Assembly (NCBI GenBank): GCA_017546315.1
Contig: JAFYXH010000007.1
Location: forward strand, 14,508-78,507
Direction: 5' to 3'
DNA: 64,000 nt
Source: Alphaproteobacteria bacterium
GTDB taxonomy: Bacteria > Pseudomonadota > Alphaproteobacteria > RF32 > CAG-239
A program made the position numbers and the translations under genes. Within the stretch, counting starts at the first letter, position 1. Each line of letters starts with the position of its first letter. Shown here one piece after another: positions 40,991-51,066 of this stretch. Below the pieces are notes generated by a model. That model was not told the origin of the DNA. It searched no databases and saw only the letters and a program-made list of their open reading frames with translations.

Positions 40991-41025
40991 AAAACACCTT
41001 ATTAAAAAAATAAGGTGTTTTCTTT
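40991..41025. terminator. bidirectional intrinsic terminator between convergent genes
   Basis: aaaacacctta/taaggtgtttt hairpin with A-run 5' and T-run 3'. Confidence 0.65.
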
Positions 41026-41042
41026 ATAATCGAGAAAGAAGG

Positions 41043-42044
41043 TTATTTCTTAAGAGATTCCTCAATGGCAACAGCAACAGCAACAGTTGCACCTACCATT
41101 GGGTTATTTCCCATACCGATCAATCCCATCATTTCTACGTGAGCAGGAACTGATGATGAACCAGCAAATTGCGCATCACCGTGCATACGCCCCATTGTAT
41201 CAGTCATACCGTAAGAAGCAGGACCTGCAGCAACGTTATCTGGGTGAAGAGTTCTACCAGTACCACCACCTGATGCTACTGAGAAGTATTTCTTACCATG
41301 TTCCATAGCCCATTTTTTGTATGTGCCAGCAACTGGGTGTTGGAAGCGAGTTGGGTTTGTTGAGTTACCAGTAATTGATACATCAACACCTTCCTTAATC
41401 ATAATAGCAACACCTTCTGATACATCATCTGCACCATAGCATTTTACTTTTGCTTTGTCGCCATTTGAGAATGCTTTTTCGTGAACGATTTTGAGTTCAC
41501 CTGTGGTATAATCATATTCTGTTTCAACAGCTGTAAAACCATTGATACGAGAAATGATGTATGCAGCATCTTTACCCAAACCGTTTAAGATAACACGAAG
41601 AGGTTCTTTTCTTACTTTGTTTGCAGAGCGTGCAATACCAATTGCGCCTTCTGCTGCAGCAAAAGATTCGTGTCCGGCTAAGAAGCAGAAGCATTTTGTT
41701 TCTTCTCTTAACAGCATTGCAGCAAGATTACCATGACCAAGGCCTACTTCACGTTGGTCAGCAACTGATCCTGGTACGCAAAATGCTTGCAAGCCAATAC
41801 CGATTTTCTCAGCAGCTTCAGAAGCATTCTTTACGCCCTCTTTCAATGCAATCGCACAACCTAATGTGTATGCCCATACAGCATTTTCAAAAGCGATTGG
41901 TTGAATGCCTTTAACTAGCTTTTCTACATCTATACCATGTGATGTGCAAAGAGCTTTTGCTTCGTCTAAATCTTTGAAACCATACTTAGCAAGAACTGGA
42001 GTGATGGTGTTTATTCTTCTATCATATCCTTCAAATTGTTGCAT
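41043..42044 (-). CDS. GGGtGRT-family protein
   Basis: Contains the eponymous SGGGTGRT motif; 333 aa, glycine/alanine-rich. Confidence 0.7.
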   Translation of the reverse strand: MQQFEGYDRRINTITPVLAKYGFKDLDEAKALCTSHGIDVEKLVKGIQPIAFENAVWAYTLGCAIALKEGVKNASEAAEKIGIGLQAFCVPGSVADQREVGLGHGNLAAMLLREETKCFCFLAGHESFAAAEGAIGIARSANKVRKEPLRVILNGLGKDAAYIISRINGFTAVETEYDYTTGELKIVHEKAFSNGDKAKVKCYGADDVSEGVAIMIKEGVDVSITGNSTNPTRFQHPVAGTYKKWAMEHGKKYFSVASGGGTGRTLHPDNVAAGPASYGMTDTMGRMHGDAQFAGSSSVPAHVEMMGLIGMGNNPMVGATVAVAVAIEESLKK

Positions 42045-42047
42045 GGC

Positions 42048-42752
42048 TTATTCCTTTCTTGGATCTATTTTCTTTACGGCATCTTCGAAACGTCCGTAAG
42101 TCTTGATATTGTTTTCAAGAGCTGTTTTAGCGTCTGTACCGTTGCGGATTGCTTCCATCATTTTGCCAAGGTGAACAAACTTGTATCCGATGATTTCGTT
42201 GTTTTCATCAACGCCGATTTCCAAAACATAGCCTTCAGCCATTTCTAAATAGCGTGGACCTTTTACTTTTGTAGAATACATTGTTCCAACTTGTGAGCGT
42301 AAACCTTTACCTAAATCTTCAAGACCTGCTCCAATTGGTAAACCATTTTCAGAGAAAGCTGTTTGTGTTCTACCATATACGATTTGAAGGAACAATTCTC
42401 TCATTGCAACGTTGATTGCATCACAAACTAAGTCTGTGTTTAATGCTTCAAGAATTGTCTTTCCTGGTAAGATTTCTGCGGCCATAGCAGCTGAGTGTGT
42501 CATACCTGAACAACCAATTGTTTCAACCAAAGCTTCTTCAATAACACCTTCTTTTACGTTGAGTGTTAGTTTGCAAGTACCTTGTTGTGGGGCACAGCAA
42601 CCGCAACCGTGTGTTAAACCTGAGATGTCTGAAATTTGTTTAGCTTTTACCCATTTTCCTTCTTCTGGAATTGGAGCTGGTTCGTGTCTTGCACCTTTGT
42701 ATAGTGGACACATTTGCTCAACTTCGTGTGAGCATTGATGATTACATGCCAT
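42048..42752 (-). CDS. NifU/IscU-like iron-sulfur cluster scaffold-domain protein, partner of the GGGtGRT protein
   Basis: IscU-like block ETIGCSGMTHSAAMAAEILPGKTILEA and an upstream Cys cluster (GCGCCAP); 3-bp spacing to the GGGtGRT gene. Confidence 0.6.
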   Translation of the reverse strand: MACNHQCSHEVEQMCPLYKGARHEPAPIPEEGKWVKAKQISDISGLTHGCGCCAPQQGTCKLTLNVKEGVIEEALVETIGCSGMTHSAAMAAEILPGKTILEALNTDLVCDAINVAMRELFLQIVYGRTQTAFSENGLPIGAGLEDLGKGLRSQVGTMYSTKVKGPRYLEMAEGYVLEIGVDENNEIIGYKFVHLGKMMEAIRNGTDAKTALENNIKTYGRFEDAVKKIDPRKE

Positions 42753-43027
42753 ATATCGTCTCCATTTATTAATATATTATTATGCGTGGTATATATTAGC
42801 TTAAAAAATTTAAATGGCAACCAAATATTAAAGGTTGAATAAAAAGTCTAATTATTCACTTTAGGAATAATTTTATTAAAGATGAATAATAGTGAATATT
42901 TTTATTTTGTTATTTTTCAATATGTTATATACGTATTCTAATGTTGATGAATATAACACTTTGAATGATGAATATATGCGGGCATAAAAAATACCGCAAA
43001 TGCGGTATTGTATGGGAATGAGCTTAA

Positions 43028-43594
43028 CTATATAGTGTGTTGATGGATGACTGATATAGCTTTTGCTAAGATGATGTTTGCACCAACCCTAACCTCTTTT
43101 GGGTGGTAAGACTTATTTTCTGTTAATATTGAAATGGTATTTTGCGAATGTACTTGCAATCTTCTTAATTGCACGAATTCGCCCTCTTTTATTAAGAAAA
43201 CACCATTTTCTAGCGTTGTTTTTGTGTAGTCAAGGATAACTAAAGAATGCTTTGGAAAGAGTGGTGTCATTGTATCATCTGGGAGTATGTATCCCTTTAT
43301 ATTAGCAGGATCTGTGTATGTGTTGGGCGGTAAAATTTGCCATTTACTACCTTCTGGTAAATTATATAATTCAGGGTTTAGTAAATCTATCAAGTATGTA
43401 GAAGATTTTGAGATGCCTAAGACGCTATTTAAATCTGTGTTTAAGATATTAGCTATTTTTTGTGCAAGATCTATCTTTAGTTCTACTTGATTATTTTCTA
43501 TCTTTGTAAGATTTGCTTGCGACATACCTATTTCTTCAGCAAGTTTTGAGACACTGATATTATTATTTTTTCGAAGTTGTTTAATATTGTTCAT
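43028..43594 (-). CDS. XRE-family HTH transcriptional regulator with a cI/LexA-like (S24-like) C-terminal domain
   Basis: N-terminal HTH (ISVSKLAEEIGMSQANLTKIENN); C-terminal DTMTP in the position of the S24 'DSM' active-site motif (Thr replacing Ser). Confidence 0.6.
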   Translation of the reverse strand: MNNIKQLRKNNNISVSKLAEEIGMSQANLTKIENNQVELKIDLAQKIANILNTDLNSVLGISKSSTYLIDLLNPELYNLPEGSKWQILPPNTYTDPANIKGYILPDDTMTPLFPKHSLVILDYTKTTLENGVFLIKEGEFVQLRRLQVHSQNTISILTENKSYHPKEVRVGANIILAKAISVIHQHTI

Positions 43595-43599
43595 TTATT

Positions 43600-44403
43600 T
43601 TAATCCGTGTTATCTTTGTTTGTGGTTGGGGGAAGTATTTTTATATATCTTTTTAATTCTTCTTCATTCTTTTTTATCCAAGACAAGTCACACCCTTCTA
43701 TATCGCTTGAGATTGTAATTGAACAGTAATTTGTTTTTAGTTCTTCACCAAGTGTGCCGCAACCTTCGTTAACCGCCTCTAGCACAATTGCAGGAACTTG
43801 TTTTGCACTTATTTTATTATCTTGATTTAAGTAATTACACGTTGCTTCAACATACTTATCATTAGCTGTTATTATATTGTATAAAACCTTGCCATCGTTT
43901 GTGTATGTTCGCATTTTGCCATCTAGTTTATCTTCTACATAAGTATATTGCTTACTCATATATCCATTAGGATAAAATTCTTTTGCTACACCTTCTTTAT
44001 ATCCATTGACATATGGGATTATTTTTTCAACTTTGTTTTCTGGATAATAAGTCTCCTCTATACCATGTAAGCGACCTTTTTTATATTCTCTAATATAACG
44101 CTTATCTCCATTGGTTTCAAATGATTTCATTGTACCATCTATTAGACCTTGGGTTACGGGAATTGAGCGAATAATCTCTCCATCTTCATAAAGTCTAATT
44201 TCACCAGTTATAGGTTTGTTTTTTGCATCTACACAATATGTTACTCTATCTTTTTTGCGGTAACGACATTTTGTGTGTTTCAAGAGATATATTTTTGAGG
44301 TTTCTTTATTGTTCTCAGTGTTTGCTAGAGCAGTTTTTTCAGTAATAGCTTGGTTGATTATGAAAGATGCTGTGAGTAGTAAAAATAATTTTCCGTATGA
44401 CAT
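43600..44403 (-). CDS. secreted MORN-variant-repeat (YwqK-like) protein
   Basis: Signal peptide; repeated G-K-EG / YY.NG units; 5 bp upstream of the XRE regulator gene on the same strand. Confidence 0.5.
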   Translation of the reverse strand: MSYGKLFLLLTASFIINQAITEKTALANTENNKETSKIYLLKHTKCRYRKKDRVTYCVDAKNKPITGEIRLYEDGEIIRSIPVTQGLIDGTMKSFETNGDKRYIREYKKGRLHGIEETYYPENKVEKIIPYVNGYKEGVAKEFYPNGYMSKQYTYVEDKLDGKMRTYTNDGKVLYNIITANDKYVEATCNYLNQDNKISAKQVPAIVLEAVNEGCGTLGEELKTNYCSITISSDIEGCDLSWIKKNEEELKRYIKILPPTTNKDNTD

Positions 44404-44537
44404 GGTATCTCCTTTGATTATTTTGATTCTAATTGCTCTTTTGATTAAAGTTAAGATGTTTTTGATATTTGTGTATAATTTATTTAACTAAAGGCGTATT
44501 TGTTTTAAGAATTTATTTTTATGTTTTAGTGACAAAA

Positions 44538-44559
44538 AAAGCGAGGAAAACCTCGCTTT
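44538..44559 (-). terminator. intrinsic terminator of thrS
   Basis: aaagcgagg/cctcgcttt hairpin plus T7 on the minus strand. Confidence 0.7.
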
Positions 44560-44577
44560 CTAATTTGATTGTTTTGT

Positions 44578-46503
44578 TTATTCGTATAGATGAGGCATTG
44601 TTGCTTCTTCTGTTAGTTCTTTGATTGCAATATCTAATGGTTTTACTGATTGCTGTTCAGAACCAAGGCGACGAATTGTTACTGTATTATTCTCTTGCTC
44701 TTTAGCGCCTACAACCATGATAACAGGAGTTTTGGCTAATGAGTGTTCGCGAACTTTATAGTTTATCTTTTCGTTTCTTAGGTCTGTTTTTGCTGTTAAA
44801 CCATTGCGACGCAATTCTTCTGCAACTTTAATTGCATAATCATCAAAAGCTGATACAACTGGAGCCACAACAATTTGCTCTGGAGATAGCCATAAAGGAA
44901 GTTTGCCCGCATGATGCTCTATCAATATACCTAAAAAGCGTTCAATTGAACCAAATAAAGCGCGATGCAACATCACAGGTTGATGTTTTTGACCATCTTC
45001 ACCAACGTATGATATGTCAAAACGTTGTGGTAAGTTCATATCTACCTGAATTGTTCCGCACTGCCATTCACGGCCAATAGCATCTTTTAGGATAAACTCT
45101 AGTTTAGGACCATAGAATGCACCCTCACCTTCATTTATTTCATACTCATAACCGTGTGTATCCAAAGCTCTTGCTAAAGATTTTTCTGAAATATCCCAAA
45201 TTTCATCTGAACCAATACGTTTTTCAGGACGAGTTGAAAGGTAAATTTTGATATTATCAAACCCAAAGTCTTTATAGATATCAAAAATTAACTTCATTGT
45301 TGAGATGCACTCTTCTTCCATCTGCTCTGGTGTACAGAAAATGTGTGCATCATCTTGTGTAAACTCTCTTACACGCATTAAACCCATTAGAGCGCCTGAT
45401 GCTTCGTAGCGGTTTACTTTACCAAATTCCGCCATTCGTAAAGGTAGATCTCTATAGCTTTTTACACCTTGTTTGTAAACTAGCAAACCTCCTGGGCAGT
45501 TCATAGGTTTGATGCAGAACATTTTTCCATCTTCTGTTTGACCAGAATAGTTGTGTGCACCGTATTTTTCCCAGTGACCTGAAGTTTCCCACAAACATCT
45601 ATCCATAATGCGTGGAGTTGAGATTTCTTCATAACCATTGTGATATTGGCGGTTGCGCATATATTCGATAAGTTTTCTATATATTTTATAACCTTTATCA
45701 TGCCAGAAAACAGCTCCTGGAGCATATTCAGGTTCAAAATGGAATAAATCCATTTCGCGACCTAATTTTCTGTGATCTCTTTTGGCGGCTTCTTCGATCT
45801 TTGTGATGTATGCATCTAAATCTTTTTTATCAGCCCATGCTGTTGCATAAATGCGTTGCAACATTTCATTTTTTGCATCACCACGCCAGTATGCCCCTGC
45901 TACCTTCATCAACTTGAAGGCTGTGCCGATTTTTTGAGTTGATGGAACGTGTGGACCACGGCATAAATCAACATAATCTCCTTGACGATAAAGTGAGATT
46001 TCTGCATCAACTGGTAAATCTTCAATTATCTCTACTTTATAATGCTCATTGCGTGATTTAAATAAATCAATAGCATCTTGTCTTGAAACAACCTCTCTTG
46101 TGATAATCTCGTTTCTTGCAACAATTTGACGCATTCTTTCTTCAATTAAGGTGAATTCTTCAGTTGTGAAAGGTTCTTTTCTTGCGAAATCATAATAAAA
46201 ACCATCTTCAATGAAAGGTCCAATAGTTACCTGAACATCTGGCCAAAGCTCTTTTATTGCCTCAGACATAAGGTGTGAACAAGAGTGGCGCAAGATTTCA
46301 AGCCCTACTTTATCTTTTGCAGTGATGATTTTTACGGTAGAATCGCAAGTTATAGGGGTAGTGAGATCTTTTAATTCTCCGTTGAGTTCAATCGCTAAAG
46401 CTTGTTTTTGTAAGTTATGACTAATTAGTTCTGCAAAGTCTTTGCCTGTAATTCCAGCATTTACCTCTTTTTTGCTACCATCTGGTAGTGTAATATTTAT
46501 CAT
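44578..46503 (-). CDS. thrS: threonyl-tRNA synthetase
   Basis: 641 aa; TGS N-domain, class II motifs and zinc-site His/Cys pattern; C-terminal anticodon-binding domain. Confidence 0.9.
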   Translation of the reverse strand: MINITLPDGSKKEVNAGITGKDFAELISHNLQKQALAIELNGELKDLTTPITCDSTVKIITAKDKVGLEILRHSCSHLMSEAIKELWPDVQVTIGPFIEDGFYYDFARKEPFTTEEFTLIEERMRQIVARNEIITREVVSRQDAIDLFKSRNEHYKVEIIEDLPVDAEISLYRQGDYVDLCRGPHVPSTQKIGTAFKLMKVAGAYWRGDAKNEMLQRIYATAWADKKDLDAYITKIEEAAKRDHRKLGREMDLFHFEPEYAPGAVFWHDKGYKIYRKLIEYMRNRQYHNGYEEISTPRIMDRCLWETSGHWEKYGAHNYSGQTEDGKMFCIKPMNCPGGLLVYKQGVKSYRDLPLRMAEFGKVNRYEASGALMGLMRVREFTQDDAHIFCTPEQMEEECISTMKLIFDIYKDFGFDNIKIYLSTRPEKRIGSDEIWDISEKSLARALDTHGYEYEINEGEGAFYGPKLEFILKDAIGREWQCGTIQVDMNLPQRFDISYVGEDGQKHQPVMLHRALFGSIERFLGILIEHHAGKLPLWLSPEQIVVAPVVSAFDDYAIKVAEELRRNGLTAKTDLRNEKINYKVREHSLAKTPVIMVVGAKEQENNTVTIRRLGSEQQSVKPLDIAIKELTEEATMPHLYE

Positions 46504-46532
46504 AGTTTACCCCTATAAAAGTTTTAAGTTAA

Positions 46533-47690
46533 TTATTCTTGGTTTACCAAATCTTGATAAAGCCTTAAGGTCTTATCACACATAATTTGTTTTGTAAAGT
46601 TTTCTTTTACGTAATTTTGAGCAGAAGTTGCTATTTTTTGTGTCTCTTTTCCGTCTAAATCTAGAGCGTAAGAGATTTTTTGAGACAAATCATCAGCATC
46701 TCCTGAGTTAAAATGAAAACCGGTTATCTTATCTTTTAGATTATCTAGTGAACCACCTATGTTTGATGCTATCACAATTTTACCCATTGCTTCCCCTTCG
46801 GCAGCTATTCTACCAAACGCTTCTGGTTCAATGGAAGCTGAAACAACAATGTCGCATGCTTTCATTAGAGCTGGGACGTCATCTGTGTGTTTTATGAAAG
46901 TGAAGCGTTCATTTAGGTTGTTATCTTTAATTTTTCGGATAAGACCTTCGGTATATTCTGTTCTTCCTTGATCATCTCCTGTTAGGATGCAATGAAAATC
47001 TGTGCGATCTTTTATTTTAGCTAATGCATCAATTAAAAGTTCCTGCCCTTTCCAGCGAGTTAAACGTCCGATTAATAAAATTATCTTTTTATCAGTTGGA
47101 AGGCTGTGTGTTTCTATCATAGTTGTAAGACGCTCATTTGAAACCGCTTGAGGATTAAATTTCTCTACATCAACGCAACGATGAACAAAAACAAGTTTAT
47201 CTTCACTAATACCATAGTGCTCCATAACGTGACGTTTAATATGAGTTGAGATTACAATTATCTTTTCACCTAATGTCATTATCTTGTTATAAATCTTTTT
47301 TACACCCAGCGGACCTAACCCATATGTGCCGTGGAATGTGGTTATGTAGTGAACTTTAGCCTTTTTAGCTGCTATATACGCACTCCATGCTGGAGCTCTT
47401 GAACGTGCGTGAACAATATTTATTCCTTCTTTTTGAATGAAATCTGCTAGAATTTTAGCATTTTTGAGGATGGTTATAGGATTTTTAGATTTAAGATTGA
47501 GTTTTAAATGTTTCACCTTGAGGCGATCTAATTGATATTCCATACGACCACCTTTGGAAGCTACATAGTTTTTTATTGAGTTTTCGGTAAGAGCTTCAGC
47601 TATTTGGATAGTTCCTAACTCCACTCCTCCTTGATTTAATTCTGGTAAAACTTGTAAAACTACAGGCTTTTTTACTATATCTTTACTCAT
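46533..47690 (-). CDS. glycosyltransferase family 4 (GT-B) protein
   Basis: N-terminal LPELNQGGVE and C-terminal E..G....E motifs of GT4; 29 bp upstream of thrS. Confidence 0.65.
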   Translation of the reverse strand: MSKDIVKKPVVLQVLPELNQGGVELGTIQIAEALTENSIKNYVASKGGRMEYQLDRLKVKHLKLNLKSKNPITILKNAKILADFIQKEGINIVHARSRAPAWSAYIAAKKAKVHYITTFHGTYGLGPLGVKKIYNKIMTLGEKIIVISTHIKRHVMEHYGISEDKLVFVHRCVDVEKFNPQAVSNERLTTMIETHSLPTDKKIILLIGRLTRWKGQELLIDALAKIKDRTDFHCILTGDDQGRTEYTEGLIRKIKDNNLNERFTFIKHTDDVPALMKACDIVVSASIEPEAFGRIAAEGEAMGKIVIASNIGGSLDNLKDKITGFHFNSGDADDLSQKISYALDLDGKETQKIATSAQNYVKENFTKQIMCDKTLRLYQDLVNQE

Positions 47691-47738
47691 TCTTGGTATA
47701 CTCTCTAAAAATGTTTAATATTTAAGTAAGAGGTCGAT

Positions 47739-48488
47739 ATGCAAAAATATAAATTTAAGAACGGACACACTACTTTGGTTGAGTATATTAAAAGGGATAC
47801 TCAAAAAACTCAAAATTTTACGGTGGTTTATACACATGGTTTTTGCTCTGACCCGATGGGGAGAAAACCTGAAATGGTAAAAAAATGGTGTGTCGACAAT
47901 GGAGTTGGGTTCTTAAGATTTGAGATTGCAGGGCATGGAAGTGATGTTGAAAATTTCGAAAAAACAACTTTAGAGACCTATAAAAATCAGATTTTTGAAA
48001 TTATTGAAGATATTGTTGATGGTGATGTAGTTGTTATGGGGGCATCGTTAGGAGGATGGTTATCACTTTTAGCTGGAATTAAATTTAAGGACAGAGTTAA
48101 AGGGATGATCGGGATGGCGGCTGCCCCTGACTTTTTAAAAACCTTTATGGATAGATATTTTGATGAAGAGCAAAAAGCTGTTCTTGAAAAAAATGGTAAA
48201 ATCTTATTTAATACTAATGATTTTTGCTACACCATTACTAAAGAAATGATAGAATCTGCAAAAGGTAATCTTTTACTAGATAAAGATGAGATTGATTTTA
48301 GCGGAAAAGTTCGTCTTTTGCAGGGAATGAAAGATGCTGCTCTTGATTGGAGAACAGCTCCTATTATTGCTTCTAAATTAAAGTCTTCTGATGTCAAAGT
48401 TGTGTTATTAAAAGATAGCAACCACAGACTTGGTGGAGATGAAGACATTAAGGAAATATACAAAATGTTAGATGATTTTTTGGTTTAA
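47739..48488 (+). CDS. alpha/beta-hydrolase fold protein
   Basis: GxSxG nucleophile elbow (GASLGGW); His near the C-terminus. Confidence 0.6.
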   Translation: MQKYKFKNGHTTLVEYIKRDTQKTQNFTVVYTHGFCSDPMGRKPEMVKKWCVDNGVGFLRFEIAGHGSDVENFEKTTLETYKNQIFEIIEDIVDGDVVVMGASLGGWLSLLAGIKFKDRVKGMIGMAAAPDFLKTFMDRYFDEEQKAVLEKNGKILFNTNDFCYTITKEMIESAKGNLLLDKDEIDFSGKVRLLQGMKDAALDWRTAPIIASKLKSSDVKVVLLKDSNHRLGGDEDIKEIYKMLDDFLV

Positions 48489-48510
48489 TTTGTTTTAGTA
48501 AGAGTTTGAT

Positions 48511-50256
48511 ATGTCTTATGATTTGATGTTTCAAAAAGCAATTGAGTTGCAAAACAATGGCGCACTAAACGAAGCTAGAGATATTTACCTAAAGCTACTT
48601 GATGTAATGCCTTGTAATGCGGATATTTGGAATCTATTGGGTCTTATATCTCAAGCTAGAGGTGAGGACGATAATGCAGTTGATTGTTTTTTAGAAGCGA
48701 TTAGGTTTTCTCCTAAACCATTTTCTATGTATCATTTTAATCTTGGTTTAAGTTTTATGGCTTTGAACAGAAAAAATGAAGCTAAAAATGCATTATCTAA
48801 AGCAGTGGAAATTATGCCTGACTTAAAAGAAGGATGGAACTTCTTAGGTATAATTGAAGCGGAAAGTAAAAATTTGAGCGAAGCTGTGAGATGTTTTTCA
48901 AAAGCACTAGAAATAGATATAGAATATGCAGACGCAAGAGCTAATTTGTGCTTTTATTTAAACGATAAAGATAGACTTATTGAACTTGCTTCTTCTGAGC
49001 GTGATATTAGAGCTAATTTTTTAGCAGGAAAGATATCTTTTGATGATAGTGAAAAGGAAAAATATTTTTCTAGAGTTTTGAGTATTGATAGTTTTCACAA
49101 AGAAGCTTTATTAGAGCTTGCAGAGTTGAAAAAGAGAAATGGATATTCAAGAGAAGCTTTAACTTTGTTTTATAAAGTATTGAATCTTGAAAATAATAAT
49201 ATAAAAGCCATTTTAGAGATTGCGGATATTTATTTATGTCTTGATGATTTCAAAAAAAGCGAAGAATTTTATCTTAAAAGCTTTGAAATTAGAAAAGACT
49301 TGTATGGAGCGCATTTGAATTATGGAATCGTTTTATATAAGCAAAATAGACTTAATGAAGCTTTAAATGAGTATAGAGAAGCTGTGCGTTTGCTTGATAA
49401 ATGTGAATCAAAAGTATCTTATAATCTAGCACTATTACTCAAAGATGTTGATGAATTTGAAGAAGCATTAGGGTTGATGTTTAGTGCCTATATTGAGGAC
49501 AAAGAAAATAAGATTTATCAAATAGCAATTACAGAAACTCTTTATGAATTGTATCAGAAAAATGCTGAACTAGCATTGAAAATTGCGCAAAACTGGCAAA
49601 CAATTGATGAAGATAATATATTTTCAAGAAGAATCCTTTTAGGAATCACAAAAGAAAATGATGAGTTAAACGATAAAAGGTATGCGAAAGAGTTGTTTGA
49701 TGAGTTTTCTTTTACATTTGATGAAACAATTAAAAAACTAAATCCTAGAATAATAGAAGAATTTTTAAACTTAAATCCTATTTTGAAGGGAAAAATATTA
49801 GATTTAGGATGCGGCACAGGAATTGTGGGTGAGGCTATAAAAAATGATAATTTAGAGCTAGTTGGGGTTGATATATCCCCTAATATGCTTAAAATTGCTG
49901 AAGGTAAAAAATGCTATAACCTATTGATTGAAGATGATATTGAGAATTTCTTAAAAACACATGATGTTTCAGAATATGATAAAGTTTTAGCGTTTGATGT
50001 TTTCTCTTATTTAGGGAATCTTGAAAAGATATTTGAAAAGCTTAAAAATAAAGAAGTTTGGTTTTCTGTTGAGAAAACTTTGGATGGAATTGATAGAGAT
50101 TATTACCTTGAAGCATCCGGAAGATATAAACACAGCCTTTCTTATTTGAAAAAAATTAAAGAAAATTTGGGGTTTAATGAAATTTATTTTAAAGATATAA
50201 TTTTAAGAAACGAGGCAAATCAAGGCGTTGAAGGTTATTTGGTTAAATTAAAATAA
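48511..50256 (+). CDS. TPR-repeat protein fused to a C-terminal class I SAM-dependent methyltransferase domain
   Basis: Multiple TPR units (W-LG.....G....A...F..A) in residues 1-330; C-terminal ILDLGCGTGIVGE motif I and VLAFDVFSY post-I region. Confidence 0.65.
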   Translation: MSYDLMFQKAIELQNNGALNEARDIYLKLLDVMPCNADIWNLLGLISQARGEDDNAVDCFLEAIRFSPKPFSMYHFNLGLSFMALNRKNEAKNALSKAVEIMPDLKEGWNFLGIIEAESKNLSEAVRCFSKALEIDIEYADARANLCFYLNDKDRLIELASSERDIRANFLAGKISFDDSEKEKYFSRVLSIDSFHKEALLELAELKKRNGYSREALTLFYKVLNLENNNIKAILEIADIYLCLDDFKKSEEFYLKSFEIRKDLYGAHLNYGIVLYKQNRLNEALNEYREAVRLLDKCESKVSYNLALLLKDVDEFEEALGLMFSAYIEDKENKIYQIAITETLYELYQKNAELALKIAQNWQTIDEDNIFSRRILLGITKENDELNDKRYAKELFDEFSFTFDETIKKLNPRIIEEFLNLNPILKGKILDLGCGTGIVGEAIKNDNLELVGVDISPNMLKIAEGKKCYNLLIEDDIENFLKTHDVSEYDKVLAFDVFSYLGNLEKIFEKLKNKEVWFSVEKTLDGIDRDYYLEASGRYKHSLSYLKKIKENLGFNEIYFKDIILRNEANQGVEGYLVKLK

Positions 50257-50788
50257 TTCCTGTGAACAAATAAAAAAATATATTGAGAGAATTATGTTGG
50301 CAAGCTAACTTTTAAACGGTTTGTTAAGTTTATTATATATATTATGTCAGTTTCATTATTTATTTTTTTAATTGGATATTTATGCTTTGTGTCTACTGTA
50401 TTTAGCATGAATAAGGTGAAGAAGTTTTATTATAAGTGGTGAGCTTTAAAGGCCAGAAAGCTTTAACCCGTTAAAATAATTATCACAGATTGCCGCAAAT
50501 TGCTTTTAGTTATTATTATGAAACCTTTCAGATCTGAAATTGCGCAATTATAAGGCGAGGCATTATTTACTATCAATTCCCTGTTCGATATAATAATGCC
50601 TTGTTTTAGTGCTTTAGTGTAGTTTATTTATATTTTAGGTGTTATTCTTTGGATAACGCATTTGTTTCATTAGATTTTAATAGATTTTTAACTGTTTTTT
50701 GTCTTTTTGTAAAAAAATATATTGATATACGATAGAAAATTGATTATAATCAACCTATAGCGTGGTGGTTTATATAGGAGAATTTTCT

Positions 50789-51055
50789 ATGGGAACCTTT
50801 TTATTGAATGATATTGGTGAAGTTTTACTTGAGCTTAATTTTAGAATGAGCTTGGATGTGGATTTGTCTTTGGAGATTGATGAACTCAACAAAGAGGCAA
50901 TATTGAAAAATGCTGAAGAAAAAATTAAGATAGGATACGTACACCCCGAACTTATTATCCCTTTAAAGCAAAACAGATACTTATTTGTTGTTGAAAGAAA
51001 TAATCAATTTTATGCTCTAAATAGCAAATTATGTAAGGTTGTTTTTGTGAATTGA
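50789..51055 (+). CDS. small hypothetical protein (88 aa) directly upstream of the HExxH protein
   Basis: RBS aggag before the ATG at 50789; 11 bp upstream of the next gene. Confidence 0.45.
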   Translation: MGTFLLNDIGEVLLELNFRMSLDVDLSLEIDELNKEAILKNAEEKIKIGYVHPELIIPLKQNRYLFVVERNNQFYALNSKLCKVVFVN

Positions 51056-51066
51056 GGTATTGATTT

